Assembly: GCA_036265005.1 (NCBI GenBank)
Contig: DATAPW010000030.1
Location: forward strand, 3,575 to 67,574
Direction of reading: 5' to 3'
Length of the DNA: 64,000 bases
DNA from: Acetobacteraceae bacterium
GTDB taxonomy: Bacteria; Pseudomonadota; Alphaproteobacteria; Acetobacterales; Acetobacteraceae
In this document: one piece after another, positions 10,678-19,044 of the stretch
Numbering within the stretch: position 1 is the first letter of the stretch
How the letters are laid out: each line of letters opens with the position of its first letter
Program-made: the position numbers and the translations under genes
Notes under the pieces: generated by a model
Databases searched by the model: none
What the model was told of the DNA's origin: nothing
What the model saw: the letters and a program-made list of their open reading frames with translations, nothing else

Positions 10678-11916
10678 TCACGAGGCGGGGGCTATCCCCA
10701 CATACTTGAACTGGTGCACCACGTCACCCATCGGATATTTCGCATCGTACTGCACCTGGAATATCGACACGGTCTTGGAATTCAGGTCACCGTTCGCGTC
10801 GAACGACACTTGCCCCTGCATGAGATCGAGCTTCGTCGTCTGCATCGCGTCCCGCACACTGGCACGGTTCACCGGCTTGCCCGATTGCGCCACCCGGCTG
10901 ATCGCATCGAGGACCACCTGCGTGGCATCGTAATAGGTGATCGAATAGTCGGCCGGCTGCTTGCCGGTTTTGGCATTGAAGCGCTCGACCCAGCCCCGGA
11001 CATCGGGCTCATCAAGCACGTGCGCGGCAGCAGAGGTGCCATACCATCCCTGGATCGCCGGCATCGCCCCACCCGTCAGCATGTCCGGCGTGTGCACGCC
11101 ATCGCCGCCGCCTTTCGCGATGTCGGGCATGATGTCGTATGATTGCTTCACGACCTTCGCGCCGGCCAACGGATCGCCGCCATAGTACAGCGCCTGCGTG
11201 CCAAGACTCTTGGCGCGCGTCAGCACCGCGGTGTAGTCGGCATTCAACGGATCGAGCCGGTCGCGGATCAGCACGGTCATGCCCTTCTTCGCGGCCTGGG
11301 CCGCGAATGCATCCGCCATGCCGACGCCATAGGCACCGCCATCGTCCAGCACCACGACCTTCTGCAGCTTCAGCACCTCGGCGACGTAGTTGGCAAAGTT
11401 GGGACCCTGATAGGCATCTGTGGTCACCGTGCGGAAGAAGATCGGCAATCCAGCCGGGCGATAGATCTGTGCGAATTTAGGATCGTTCAGGTCGGGGTTG
11501 GTGGCGCTGCCGCTGATCGTGGCCATGCCGGCCTGACTGAAGATCGGACACATTGCCTTGGCTGACCCACTGTTGAGCGGTCCGACCGCCGCAACGACCG
11601 ATGGATCGTTGACCATCTTGCGCGCATTCGTGGCGGCCTGTGCCGGATCGTACTGCCCGGTGGTGGGCGACGCATCATCCAGAATCAGCGTCCGCAATTT
11701 GTAGCCGGCAACGCCGCCCTTCTCGTTTGCTTCGTCGATGGCGTACACGATCGCATCGCGCGCCTGGCCGGCCTGTAATGCGAGGGTGCCGGTCAACGGG
11801 AAACTCATGCCGATGGTCAGCAGCCTCTCCTGGGCAGGCGCAGTACGGATGAGCGCTGGAGCAAGCGCGGCAGAGCCAATCAGTCGGACTGTGTTGCGAC
11901 GCGATAGGCTTGACAT
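10678..11916 (-). CDS. ABC-type substrate-binding protein, Leu/Ile/Val-binding (Peripla_BP_6) family
   Basis: LTIGMSFPLTGTLALQAGQ...YKLRTLILDD...AVGPLNSGSA matches the LivK-like core. I trimmed the track start (12201) to the ATG at 11916 (MSSLSRRNTV..., a Tat-like signal with GGAGA upstream). No cognate permease or ATPase lies next to it. Confidence 0.8.
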   Translation of the reverse strand: MSSLSRRNTVRLIGSAALAPALIRTAPAQERLLTIGMSFPLTGTLALQAGQARDAIVYAIDEANEKGGVAGYKLRTLILDDASPTTGQYDPAQAATNARKMVNDPSVVAAVGPLNSGSAKAMCPIFSQAGMATISGSATNPDLNDPKFAQIYRPAGLPIFFRTVTTDAYQGPNFANYVAEVLKLQKVVVLDDGGAYGVGMADAFAAQAAKKGMTVLIRDRLDPLNADYTAVLTRAKSLGTQALYYGGDPLAGAKVVKQSYDIMPDIAKGGGDGVHTPDMLTGGAMPAIQGWYGTSAAAHVLDEPDVRGWVERFNAKTGKQPADYSITYYDATQVVLDAISRVAQSGKPVNRASVRDAMQTTKLDLMQGQVSFDANGDLNSKTVSIFQVQYDAKYPMGDVVHQFKYVGIAPAS

Positions 11917-12049
11917 TGTAGCGTCTCCCCGGTGCTTCGTTCTGCATATCTTAGCAGCGAACGGCCAGTGCCGGCCATGCGTGCCTTTCCAATTCCGGGA
12001 CAGCATGGTACAGACGTGCAATCGTGTCATGTGGGCGGAGCAACGGCCG

Positions 12050-13561
12050 ATGGGTGAAGTGAACACCGGCGTGCTGAAGACGCGCGTAATTGAGCTGGTG
12101 AATGAGCATGCCAAGCTCGCGCAGGTGGTCAACGACAGCCTGTTCTCATTCGGCGAACTCGGATTCCACGAGGTCGAAACAGCGAAGTTCCTGACCGCCA
12201 CGCTGGAACGTCATGGCTTCAAGGTCGAACGCGGGGTCGCCGGCATGCCGACCGGCTGGGTGGCGCGTTGGGGTTCGGGTGGGCCGGTGATCGCACTCGG
12301 CAGCGATACCGATGCGCTGCCGAATGTTTCACAGAAGCCTGGCGTGGCGTACCACGAGCCATTGGTAGATGGCGGCCCGGGACACGGCGAGGGGCACAAT
12401 TCCGGCCAGGCGGTGAACATCGCCGCGGCGCTCGCGCTGAAGGAGCTGATGCAGAACGAAGGCATTCCGGGCACCTTGATGCTGTGGCCCGGCATTGCCG
12501 AGGAACTGCTGGCGGGCAAGGCGTTCCAGGTGCGCGATGGATTGTTCGAGGGCGTGGACGCGGTGCTGTTCACCCATGTCGGGCACAATATGGAAACCGG
12601 CTGGGGCGAGGTGCGCGGCGCCGGCGGACTGATCTCGGTGGAATACGCGTTTCACGGTGCGTCGGCGCATGCTGCAGCGGCACCATGGCGGGGTCGCAGC
12701 GCGCTCGATGCGGTCGAGCTGATGAACATGGGCTGGAACGTACGGCGCGAGCATCTCCGTCCGGAACAGCGTTCGCATTACATTATCACTTATGGCGGCG
12801 AGCAGCCGAACGTCGTGCCGGCACTGGCAAAGGTCTGGTACTACATTCGCGAAACCGACGTCGAGAACGTCCGCAAGAACTTCGACATCTGCAATCGCAT
12901 CGCCGAGGGCGCGGCGATGATGACGGATACCGAGGTGACGCGCCGCATGCTGGGAGCGTCGTGGCCACGGCACTACAATCGGGTGCTGGCTGAGACGCTG
13001 CAATCCAATATCGAGCGCGTCGGGCTGCCGACCTGGAGCGAAGACGATGAAGCCTTTGCGCGCGCGGTACAGCGCGCAGCGGGCGGCGCCGAGGTGGGAC
13101 TTGCGAAGAAGCTCGCACCGATTTCCACCAGCCCGTTCAGTCCGGGCACCGACGATATCGGCGACGTGTCCTGGGTGGTGCCGACGGTGCAGCTTCGCTA
13201 CCCGGCGAACATGGCAAGCCTGCCCGGCCATCACTGGTCCAATGCAATGGCGATGGCGACTCCGATCGCGCACAAGGGTGTCGTCGCCGGCGCCAAGGTG
13301 GTCGCCGCGACCGTGCTGGACCTGCTGTTGCAGCCGGACCTGATCAGCGAGACGAAGCGTTACTTCACCGAGGTTCAGACCAAGGACAAGACGTACGAAC
13401 CGTTCATCGGGCCGGATGACAAGCCGCCGATCGATCTCAATCAAGTGTCGATGGACAAGTTCCGTCCGCTGATGCGGCCATTCTACTATGACGCGAGCAG
13501 ACACGACACGTATCTGGAGCAGTTGGGCGTGAACTACCCTGTGCTGGAGCGCCCGGCCTGA
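12050..13561 (+). CDS. M20-family amidohydrolase (AbgB-like)
   Basis: LGFHEVETAKFL, GSDTDALP, HGEGHNSG and AHAAAAPWRGRSALDAV are M20D/AbgB-like motifs. I trimmed the track start (11738) to the ATG at 12050, which lies 9 nt after GGAG. The exact start is uncertain (alternatives at 12005 and 12029). Confidence 0.8.
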   Translation: MGEVNTGVLKTRVIELVNEHAKLAQVVNDSLFSFGELGFHEVETAKFLTATLERHGFKVERGVAGMPTGWVARWGSGGPVIALGSDTDALPNVSQKPGVAYHEPLVDGGPGHGEGHNSGQAVNIAAALALKELMQNEGIPGTLMLWPGIAEELLAGKAFQVRDGLFEGVDAVLFTHVGHNMETGWGEVRGAGGLISVEYAFHGASAHAAAAPWRGRSALDAVELMNMGWNVRREHLRPEQRSHYIITYGGEQPNVVPALAKVWYYIRETDVENVRKNFDICNRIAEGAAMMTDTEVTRRMLGASWPRHYNRVLAETLQSNIERVGLPTWSEDDEAFARAVQRAAGGAEVGLAKKLAPISTSPFSPGTDDIGDVSWVVPTVQLRYPANMASLPGHHWSNAMAMATPIAHKGVVAGAKVVAATVLDLLLQPDLISETKRYFTEVQTKDKTYEPFIGPDDKPPIDLNQVSMDKFRPLMRPFYYDASRHDTYLEQLGVNYPVLERPA

Positions 13562-13577
13562 TCCTGGGGGAAGTCCA

Positions 13578-14537
13578 ATGGCAATCATCGTTGGCAGCGG
13601 CGAATATCGCTACGAGCAGATCGACAACTGGGCGAAGGTGCCAACCGGCTGGTCGCTGCGCGAAGTCGGCGCGGTGGGCGTGGACCAGCAGGACAACGTC
13701 TACGTGTTCAACCGCGGCGAACATCCGATGATGGTGTTCGACCGCGACGGCAACTTCCTGCGCGCCTGGGGTGAAGGGCTGTTTCCCCGCGCGCACGGTC
13801 TGCACATGGCGCCCGACGGCACCGTATTCCTGACGGATGATGGCGACCACTCGGTGCGGCAATTCACGCTGGACGGGAAGGTGCTGCTGACGCTGGGTAC
13901 ACCGGGCAAGCCGGCGCCGTTCATGGGCGGAGAGCCGTTCCATCGCTGCACCCACACCGCTTTGTCGCCGCAGGGCGACATCTACGTGTCGGACGGCTAC
14001 GGCAACGCACGCGTGCACAAATACGCGCCCGATGGACGGCACCTGATGTCGTGGGGCGAATCCGGCACGGAGCCTGGCCAGTTCAACCTGGCGCATAACA
14101 TTTCCTGCGATCCGGACGGCTGGGTCTATGTCGCCGATCGCGAGAACCATCGCATCCAGGTGTTCGACGGCAACGGTCGCTACGAAGCGCAGTTTAACAA
14201 CCTGCACCGGCCATGCGGCATGTTCATGCCGTACTGCTCGTGCCCGATCTGCTACGTGGGCGAACTCGGTCCGGCGACGCGGACCAACCGCAACTATCCC
14301 AATCTCGGGCCGCGCCTGTCGATCATCGACAACAAGGGCAACCTGCTGGCGCGCATCGGCGGCCAGCATCCCGGCACCGGCCCCACCGACTATATCGGTC
14401 CGCACGGCCTGTGCGTGGATTCGCATGGCGACATCTATATCGGCGAGGTGTCCCGCACACTGTGGCCGCAGTACTGGTCGGACCAGCCGGTGCCAGACGA
14501 TGTGCGCTGCCTGCGCAAACTTCGCAAAATCAGTTGA
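13578..14537 (+). CDS. NHL-repeat beta-propeller protein, homologue of peptidyl-alpha-hydroxyglycine alpha-amidating lyase (PAL)
   Basis: 319 aa. The blocks FNRGEH, AHGLHMAPDG, VSDGYGNARVHKY, PGQFNLAHN, VADRENHRIQVF and GPHGLCVDSHGDIYIGE line up with the mammalian PAL blocks as I recall them (FHRGDH, PHGLSID, VSDGYCNSRIVQF, PGQFSVPHS, VADRENGRIQCF, MPHDI...VYIGD). Confidence 0.75.
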   Translation: MAIIVGSGEYRYEQIDNWAKVPTGWSLREVGAVGVDQQDNVYVFNRGEHPMMVFDRDGNFLRAWGEGLFPRAHGLHMAPDGTVFLTDDGDHSVRQFTLDGKVLLTLGTPGKPAPFMGGEPFHRCTHTALSPQGDIYVSDGYGNARVHKYAPDGRHLMSWGESGTEPGQFNLAHNISCDPDGWVYVADRENHRIQVFDGNGRYEAQFNNLHRPCGMFMPYCSCPICYVGELGPATRTNRNYPNLGPRLSIIDNKGNLLARIGGQHPGTGPTDYIGPHGLCVDSHGDIYIGEVSRTLWPQYWSDQPVPDDVRCLRKLRKIS

Positions 14538-14552
14538 GCCTGGAGTTCCGTG

Positions 14553-15620
14553 ATGTCGTATGAGCCGAAGCGGTTCGATTTCTCTATCCCCGTCCGCATC
14601 AACCTGTCCTCGGATACGCAGACCAAGCCTACGCGCGCCATGAAGGAGGCGATGATGGCGGCCGAGGTGGGTGACGAGCAGATGGGCTCGGATCCCACCA
14701 TCTGGGAATTGTGCGATCGCTCCGCCGCCCTGCTTGGCAAGGAGGCGGCAATGTTCCTGCCGTCGGGCACGATGTGCAACCAGGTGGCGATCGCGACACA
14801 TTGCCGGCCGGGCGAGGAGATCCTCGCGCACGAATCGTCGCACATCCTGTCCAGCGAGGGTGGTGCGCCGGCGGCGATTGCCGGCGCGCTGATCAAGGGC
14901 CTGACCGGCGACCGCGGCATGTTCACGGTGGACACGTTGGAGGAGGCGATCCGTCCGGTGTCGCGCTATTCGCCGACGCAGCGGCTGGTGGAAGTGGAGC
15001 AGACCGCCAACCGCGGCGGCGGCGCGTGCTGGAGCGTGGATGCGCTGCATGCGGTGACCAAGGCGGCGCACGCACATGGGCTGTCCACTCACATGGATGG
15101 CGCGCGGTTGATGAATGCTGCGGTGGCGCTGGGCGTGCCGGCATCCGACATCACCGAGGGCTGCGATTCGGTGTGGCTGGATTTCACCAAGGGCCTGTCT
15201 GCACCTTTGGGCGCCGTGCTGGCCGGCTCGAAGGAGTTCATCGGCCAGGCCTGGCGCTGGAAGCAGCGGCTCGGCGGATCGATGCGGCAGGGGGGCATCT
15301 GCGCCGCCGCGTGTATCTACGCGCTGCAGCACAACATCGACCGTCTGGCCGAGGACCATGCCAACGCAAAGTCGCTGGCGCGCGGGATGGCGCAGATTCC
15401 CGGGATCACGGTGGAGATGCCGGAGACCAACCTGGTGTTCTTCGACACCCAGGGCACCGGCATGACTGCGGATTCCTTCGCCGGCAAGCTGCGCAAGGAA
15501 GGCGTGCTGGTGTCAACATCAGGCCGATATCGCGCGCGCGCCTGCCTGCATCTCGATGTGACCGCCGCGCAGGTGGCTGATGCGCTGTCGGTGATGAAGC
15601 AGGTGGTCAACGCGGCCTGA
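14553..15620 (+). CDS. Threonine aldolase family PLP-dependent enzyme (beta-eliminating lyase fold)
   Basis: LSSDTQTKPT..M..AM..AEVGDEQMGSDPT, LPSGTMCNQVA and FTKGLSAPLGAVLAGS (PLP lysine region) match the family. I used the ATG at 14553, one codon inside the track GTG. Confidence 0.8.
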   Translation: MSYEPKRFDFSIPVRINLSSDTQTKPTRAMKEAMMAAEVGDEQMGSDPTIWELCDRSAALLGKEAAMFLPSGTMCNQVAIATHCRPGEEILAHESSHILSSEGGAPAAIAGALIKGLTGDRGMFTVDTLEEAIRPVSRYSPTQRLVEVEQTANRGGGACWSVDALHAVTKAAHAHGLSTHMDGARLMNAAVALGVPASDITEGCDSVWLDFTKGLSAPLGAVLAGSKEFIGQAWRWKQRLGGSMRQGGICAAACIYALQHNIDRLAEDHANAKSLARGMAQIPGITVEMPETNLVFFDTQGTGMTADSFAGKLRKEGVLVSTSGRYRARACLHLDVTAAQVADALSVMKQVVNAA

Positions 15621-15622
15621 CG

Positions 15623-17323
15623 GTGACGCGTGGCCGCGTTTTCGTCACGCTGCTCCTGGTCGTCACCAGCCTGCTGATCGTCCTGCCGGTCGCCGTACTG
15701 GCAATCGGTTCCTTCCTGTCGGAACCGCCGCGCGCACTGCACTTTGCGTTCTCCGGCCTGACGTTCGGCAACTACATCGCCGTACTGGGCTCGCCGGGAT
15801 TCTGGCGACTGCTTGCCACCACGATCACGCTCGCGGTCTTCGGCACCGCCGGTGCGGTGGTGTTCGGCGTGGTACTGGCATGGCTCGCTGTGCGTACCGA
15901 TGTGCCTGGCCGGCGCATCCTTGAAGCCGTGGCAATCACGCCGATGTTCATCCCACCGCTGGTGGGCGCCTTTGCCTGGGACATCCTGGCATCGCCGAAG
16001 AGCGGCATCATCAACATCCTGGCACGCTCGATCGGCATCCCGCAGGCGGTCAACGTCTATTCCCTGACCGGCATCGGCTTCGTGTTCGCGATCTACTACT
16101 GCCCCTATGTGTTCCTGTTCGTCGCAGCGGCGTTGCGCAACATGGATGCCGTGCTCGAGGAAGCTGCGCGCATGGTCGGCGCAGGCCGCCTGCGCACCAT
16201 CGTCGATATCACGATCCCTCTGATCCTGCCTGCGTTCTGGTCTGCCGGGCTGCTGGTCTTCGTGCTGCTGATCGAGATCTTCGCCATCCCCGCAGTGCTG
16301 GCCGAACCTGGCGGGATCCATGTGCTGTCGGTCCGCATCTGGGAACTGGTGGGCTTCACGCCACCGAAGGTGAACGAGGCATCGGCTCTCGGCGTGTTGC
16401 TGCTGCTGATCACCGTGACGCTCGTGCTGCTGCAGAACCGCGTGCTGGCGCAGCGCAGTTTCATCACGGTGTCGGGCAAGGGACAGCGCCGCGAGCCGAC
16501 CCGCCTGGGCGCCTGGCGCTGGCCGCTCTGCGCGCTGGGCTTCACCTATCTGGTGATTGCCGTGCTGCTGCCCTTCCTGGCACTGCTGTTGATCGCCTTG
16601 CGCCGCAACCTGTTCTTTGCCAACGCAAAGGCGCTGTTCAACCCGGCGCAATTTTCGTTCGCGCAATTCGGCGTCGCATTCGGCGATCCGGTCGTGCGTT
16701 TGTCGCTGGCCAACTCGCTGCTGGTATCGTGCGGCACGATCATGCTGGGCTGCACGCTGTACTTCGCCGTGGCCTACACCGTGCACCGCACCCGCCTGCC
16801 GGGACGCCGCGCGCTCGACATCATCTCGATCATGCCGGTCGCCATTCCCGGCCTGATCATCGGGCTCGGTTATCTTTGGTCCTGGATCACGCTGCCGATC
16901 GGATTGTACGGCACCGTGTGGATCATCATCCTTGCCTACATCTCGCAGTTCTCGCCGCAAGGCGTGCGGGCGATCGCCGCGTCGCTGGTGCAGATCCACC
17001 CGGAACTGGAGGAGTGTTCGCGCCTGTGTGGTGCAGGCATGCTGCGAACGCTGCGGCACGTGGTGATCCCGCTGGCATGGCCTGGCGTGCTGGCGGCAAT
17101 GATCCTGCTGCTGGTGCTGTCGTTCCGCGAATTCGCGACAGCGCTGTTCCTCTACACGTCGGCCACGCAGGTGTTCTCGCTGACCATGTTCGACGTGTGG
17201 GAGCGTGGCTCGACAAACCTGGTGGCGGCGATGGCACTGATCCAGGCCGGCATGCTGCTGTCGATCGTGCTGGTGGGTCAGCGCTTCTCCCGTGGCGCAA
17301 CGGTCGCACCCGGTCCATCATGA
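15623..17323 (+). CDS. ABC transporter permease, fused two-domain type (Fe3+/FbpB-like)
   Basis: 566 aa of hydrophobic sequence with two repeated permease halves, each of about 6 TM. Each half has an EAA-like loop (EEAARMVGAGRL and EECSRLCGAGML). Confidence 0.8.
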   Translation: MTRGRVFVTLLLVVTSLLIVLPVAVLAIGSFLSEPPRALHFAFSGLTFGNYIAVLGSPGFWRLLATTITLAVFGTAGAVVFGVVLAWLAVRTDVPGRRILEAVAITPMFIPPLVGAFAWDILASPKSGIINILARSIGIPQAVNVYSLTGIGFVFAIYYCPYVFLFVAAALRNMDAVLEEAARMVGAGRLRTIVDITIPLILPAFWSAGLLVFVLLIEIFAIPAVLAEPGGIHVLSVRIWELVGFTPPKVNEASALGVLLLLITVTLVLLQNRVLAQRSFITVSGKGQRREPTRLGAWRWPLCALGFTYLVIAVLLPFLALLLIALRRNLFFANAKALFNPAQFSFAQFGVAFGDPVVRLSLANSLLVSCGTIMLGCTLYFAVAYTVHRTRLPGRRALDIISIMPVAIPGLIIGLGYLWSWITLPIGLYGTVWIIILAYISQFSPQGVRAIAASLVQIHPELEECSRLCGAGMLRTLRHVVIPLAWPGVLAAMILLLVLSFREFATALFLYTSATQVFSLTMFDVWERGSTNLVAAMALIQAGMLLSIVLVGQRFSRGATVAPGPS

Positions 17324-18390
17324 TGCGAAGGAAACCCCGGATGTCACCTCGCAGTCTTATCCTGTCCGTGTCGCTGTCATGCCTGCTTGGCACGGCAACC
17401 GTCCAGGCACAGCAACCCGCGGTGGATGGCGAGACGATTGCCACGCCGGACCTGGTCAAGGCGGCCTGCGACGAGGGCGCGGTCACTTACTACACGGCCC
17501 AGAGCGACGATGATGAACGGGCAATCGCCCGGCCGTTCCAGCAGCGGTTTCCCTGCGTATCGGTATCGGTGATCAGCGCCGTGACCGGCCGCCTGTACGA
17601 GCGGATCGAGACCGAATTCCAGGCCGGCAAGGTGGTCGGCGACGTGGCGATCCTCACCGATGAAGCCCTGGTACAGAAGCTGATCGACGCCAAACGGATC
17701 CGGCCATGGAACTCGCCCGTGGCAGCGCAGTATCCGGCATCCGCGAAGCTGGAGGGCTGGTGGTATGCGGCCTCCGGCTCGATCATGATCCCGGTCTACA
17801 ACACCGATTCGGTCGGCAAACAGGATGCGCCGAAGTCTTGGCAGGACCTGCTCGATCCCAAGTGGCAGGGCAAGCTCGCCACTTCACCGATCACCATCGG
17901 CGGCACCGCCTGGGCGGCGTTCGACTTCCTTAAGGAGAAGTTCGGGCGCGACTACCTGGTCAGGTTTGCCGCGCAGCAGCCGAAACTCCTGCCGGCGTAT
18001 AACCAGGTCGTGCTGTCCATCGCGCGAGGAGAGCAATCCATCGGCGTCGTCTCGGCGCTGAACGAGTACCCGCTGCGCGTCGCACAAGGCGCACCGATCG
18101 CACCGGTGTATCCGCCGGAAGGCAGTCCCTATACCAACTACCCGATGGTCCTGCTGGCGAACTCGCCGCATCCGCACGCGGCGGAACTGTTCGCCAACTG
18201 GTATCTCTCGAAAGAAGGCCAGACCACCTTGGTGAAGCAGCGCGGCGCGTATTCGGTACGCGCTGACGTTACGCCAGCCGCGGGCAATCCACCGCTGGCG
18301 CAACTGCATCCCTGGAGCCCGGGACACGTCACCGCGCAGGCGCACGACGCTCTGGTGGCCGAGGTCAGCCAGATCCTCGGTTCACGCTGA
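17320..18390 (+). CDS. ABC transporter periplasmic solute-binding protein (family-1 / Fe3+-type)
   Basis: The signal peptide is MMRRKPRMSPRSLILSVSLSCLLGTATVQA, followed by an SBP-like body. The start ATG overlaps the permease stop (ATGA). The track ORF from 16729 is a 5' over-extension through the permease gene. Confidence 0.75.
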   Translation: MMRRKPRMSPRSLILSVSLSCLLGTATVQAQQPAVDGETIATPDLVKAACDEGAVTYYTAQSDDDERAIARPFQQRFPCVSVSVISAVTGRLYERIETEFQAGKVVGDVAILTDEALVQKLIDAKRIRPWNSPVAAQYPASAKLEGWWYAASGSIMIPVYNTDSVGKQDAPKSWQDLLDPKWQGKLATSPITIGGTAWAAFDFLKEKFGRDYLVRFAAQQPKLLPAYNQVVLSIARGEQSIGVVSALNEYPLRVAQGAPIAPVYPPEGSPYTNYPMVLLANSPHPHAAELFANWYLSKEGQTTLVKQRGAYSVRADVTPAAGNPPLAQLHPWSPGHVTAQAHDALVAEVSQILGSR

Positions 18391-18406
18391 GCGCGTCGCG
18401 CCATGA

Positions 18407-18898
18407 TCAGCGCGTGTTGGCAGCGTTCGGCGGACTAGCATTGGCGGACGGAGGATTATTGTTGGGCGCGATGCTGTTGTTCGGCGGCGGATTGTAGTTG
18501 CTGCCGTAGCGTTGGCTTGCCGGAGACTGGGCACTGCCCGTGTTCTGGCCCGCGTTCGGGTTGGTACCCATGTCGAGCGCGGCGATGGTATCCGGGTCCA
18601 GCTTGCCGGTCGCATTCAGGTTGTGCTGCTGCTGGTAGCTGCGCACCGCGGCTTCCGTCGCAGGCCCCCAGACTCCGTCCACCCGACCGGTGTACAGGCC
18701 CTGCTGCTGCAGCTTCTGCTGCACCTGCTGGGTGGTATCCGGTGTCAGTTCGGACGCCGATGGCGCGGCGGCATAGCTCTGGCTTGGATAGCTGGCGCGG
18801 CTGCTTCGGCTGTTCTCGTCGCCGAACATCGAGCAGGCTGGCAGCACGGCAACGCTGGACAGCGCCAACAACGCGGCAAGGTTGCGGACCTTGATCAT
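18407..18898 (-). CDS. Lipoprotein with a peptidoglycan-binding (PG_binding_1-like) domain
   Basis: Lipobox at MIKVRNLAALLALSSVAVLPAC, a QQGLYTGRVDGVWGPATEAAVRSYQQ motif and an Asn/Pro-rich tail. AAGGAG lies 5 nt upstream of the ATG. Confidence 0.75.
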   Translation of the reverse strand: MIKVRNLAALLALSSVAVLPACSMFGDENSRSSRASYPSQSYAAAPSASELTPDTTQQVQQKLQQQGLYTGRVDGVWGPATEAAVRSYQQQHNLNATGKLDPDTIAALDMGTNPNAGQNTGSAQSPASQRYGSNYNPPPNNSIAPNNNPPSANASPPNAANTR

Positions 18899-18929
18899 GG
18901 CAATCTCCTTGGAAGGTCAGCACAAATCG

Positions 18930-18958
18930 GCGTGCCGCCAACGATCAGAGCGGCACGC
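18930..18958 (-). terminator. Candidate intrinsic terminator after the large glycosyltransferase gene
   Basis: Perfect 9-bp stem GCGTGCCGC/GCGGCACGC with an 11-nt loop. On the minus strand it is followed by GATTTGTG, an imperfect U-tract. Confidence 0.45.
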
Positions 18959-19044
18959 TTGATCACTCACATTGCAGAACTGATGCAATTGCTCCCCGGT
19001 TGCCGCGGGAACCGGATTGTGAAGCGGTTACCGTCGCGCCTTGG

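Noticed and set aside
13437-15359. 640-aa minus-strand ORF covering the PAL-like and threonine-aldolase genes
   Set aside because: It is an antisense shadow ORF. Its product is Arg/His/Ala/Gln-rich and low in complexity, with no recognisable motifs. The plus strand encodes two proteins with clear family signatures and GC-rich third positions.
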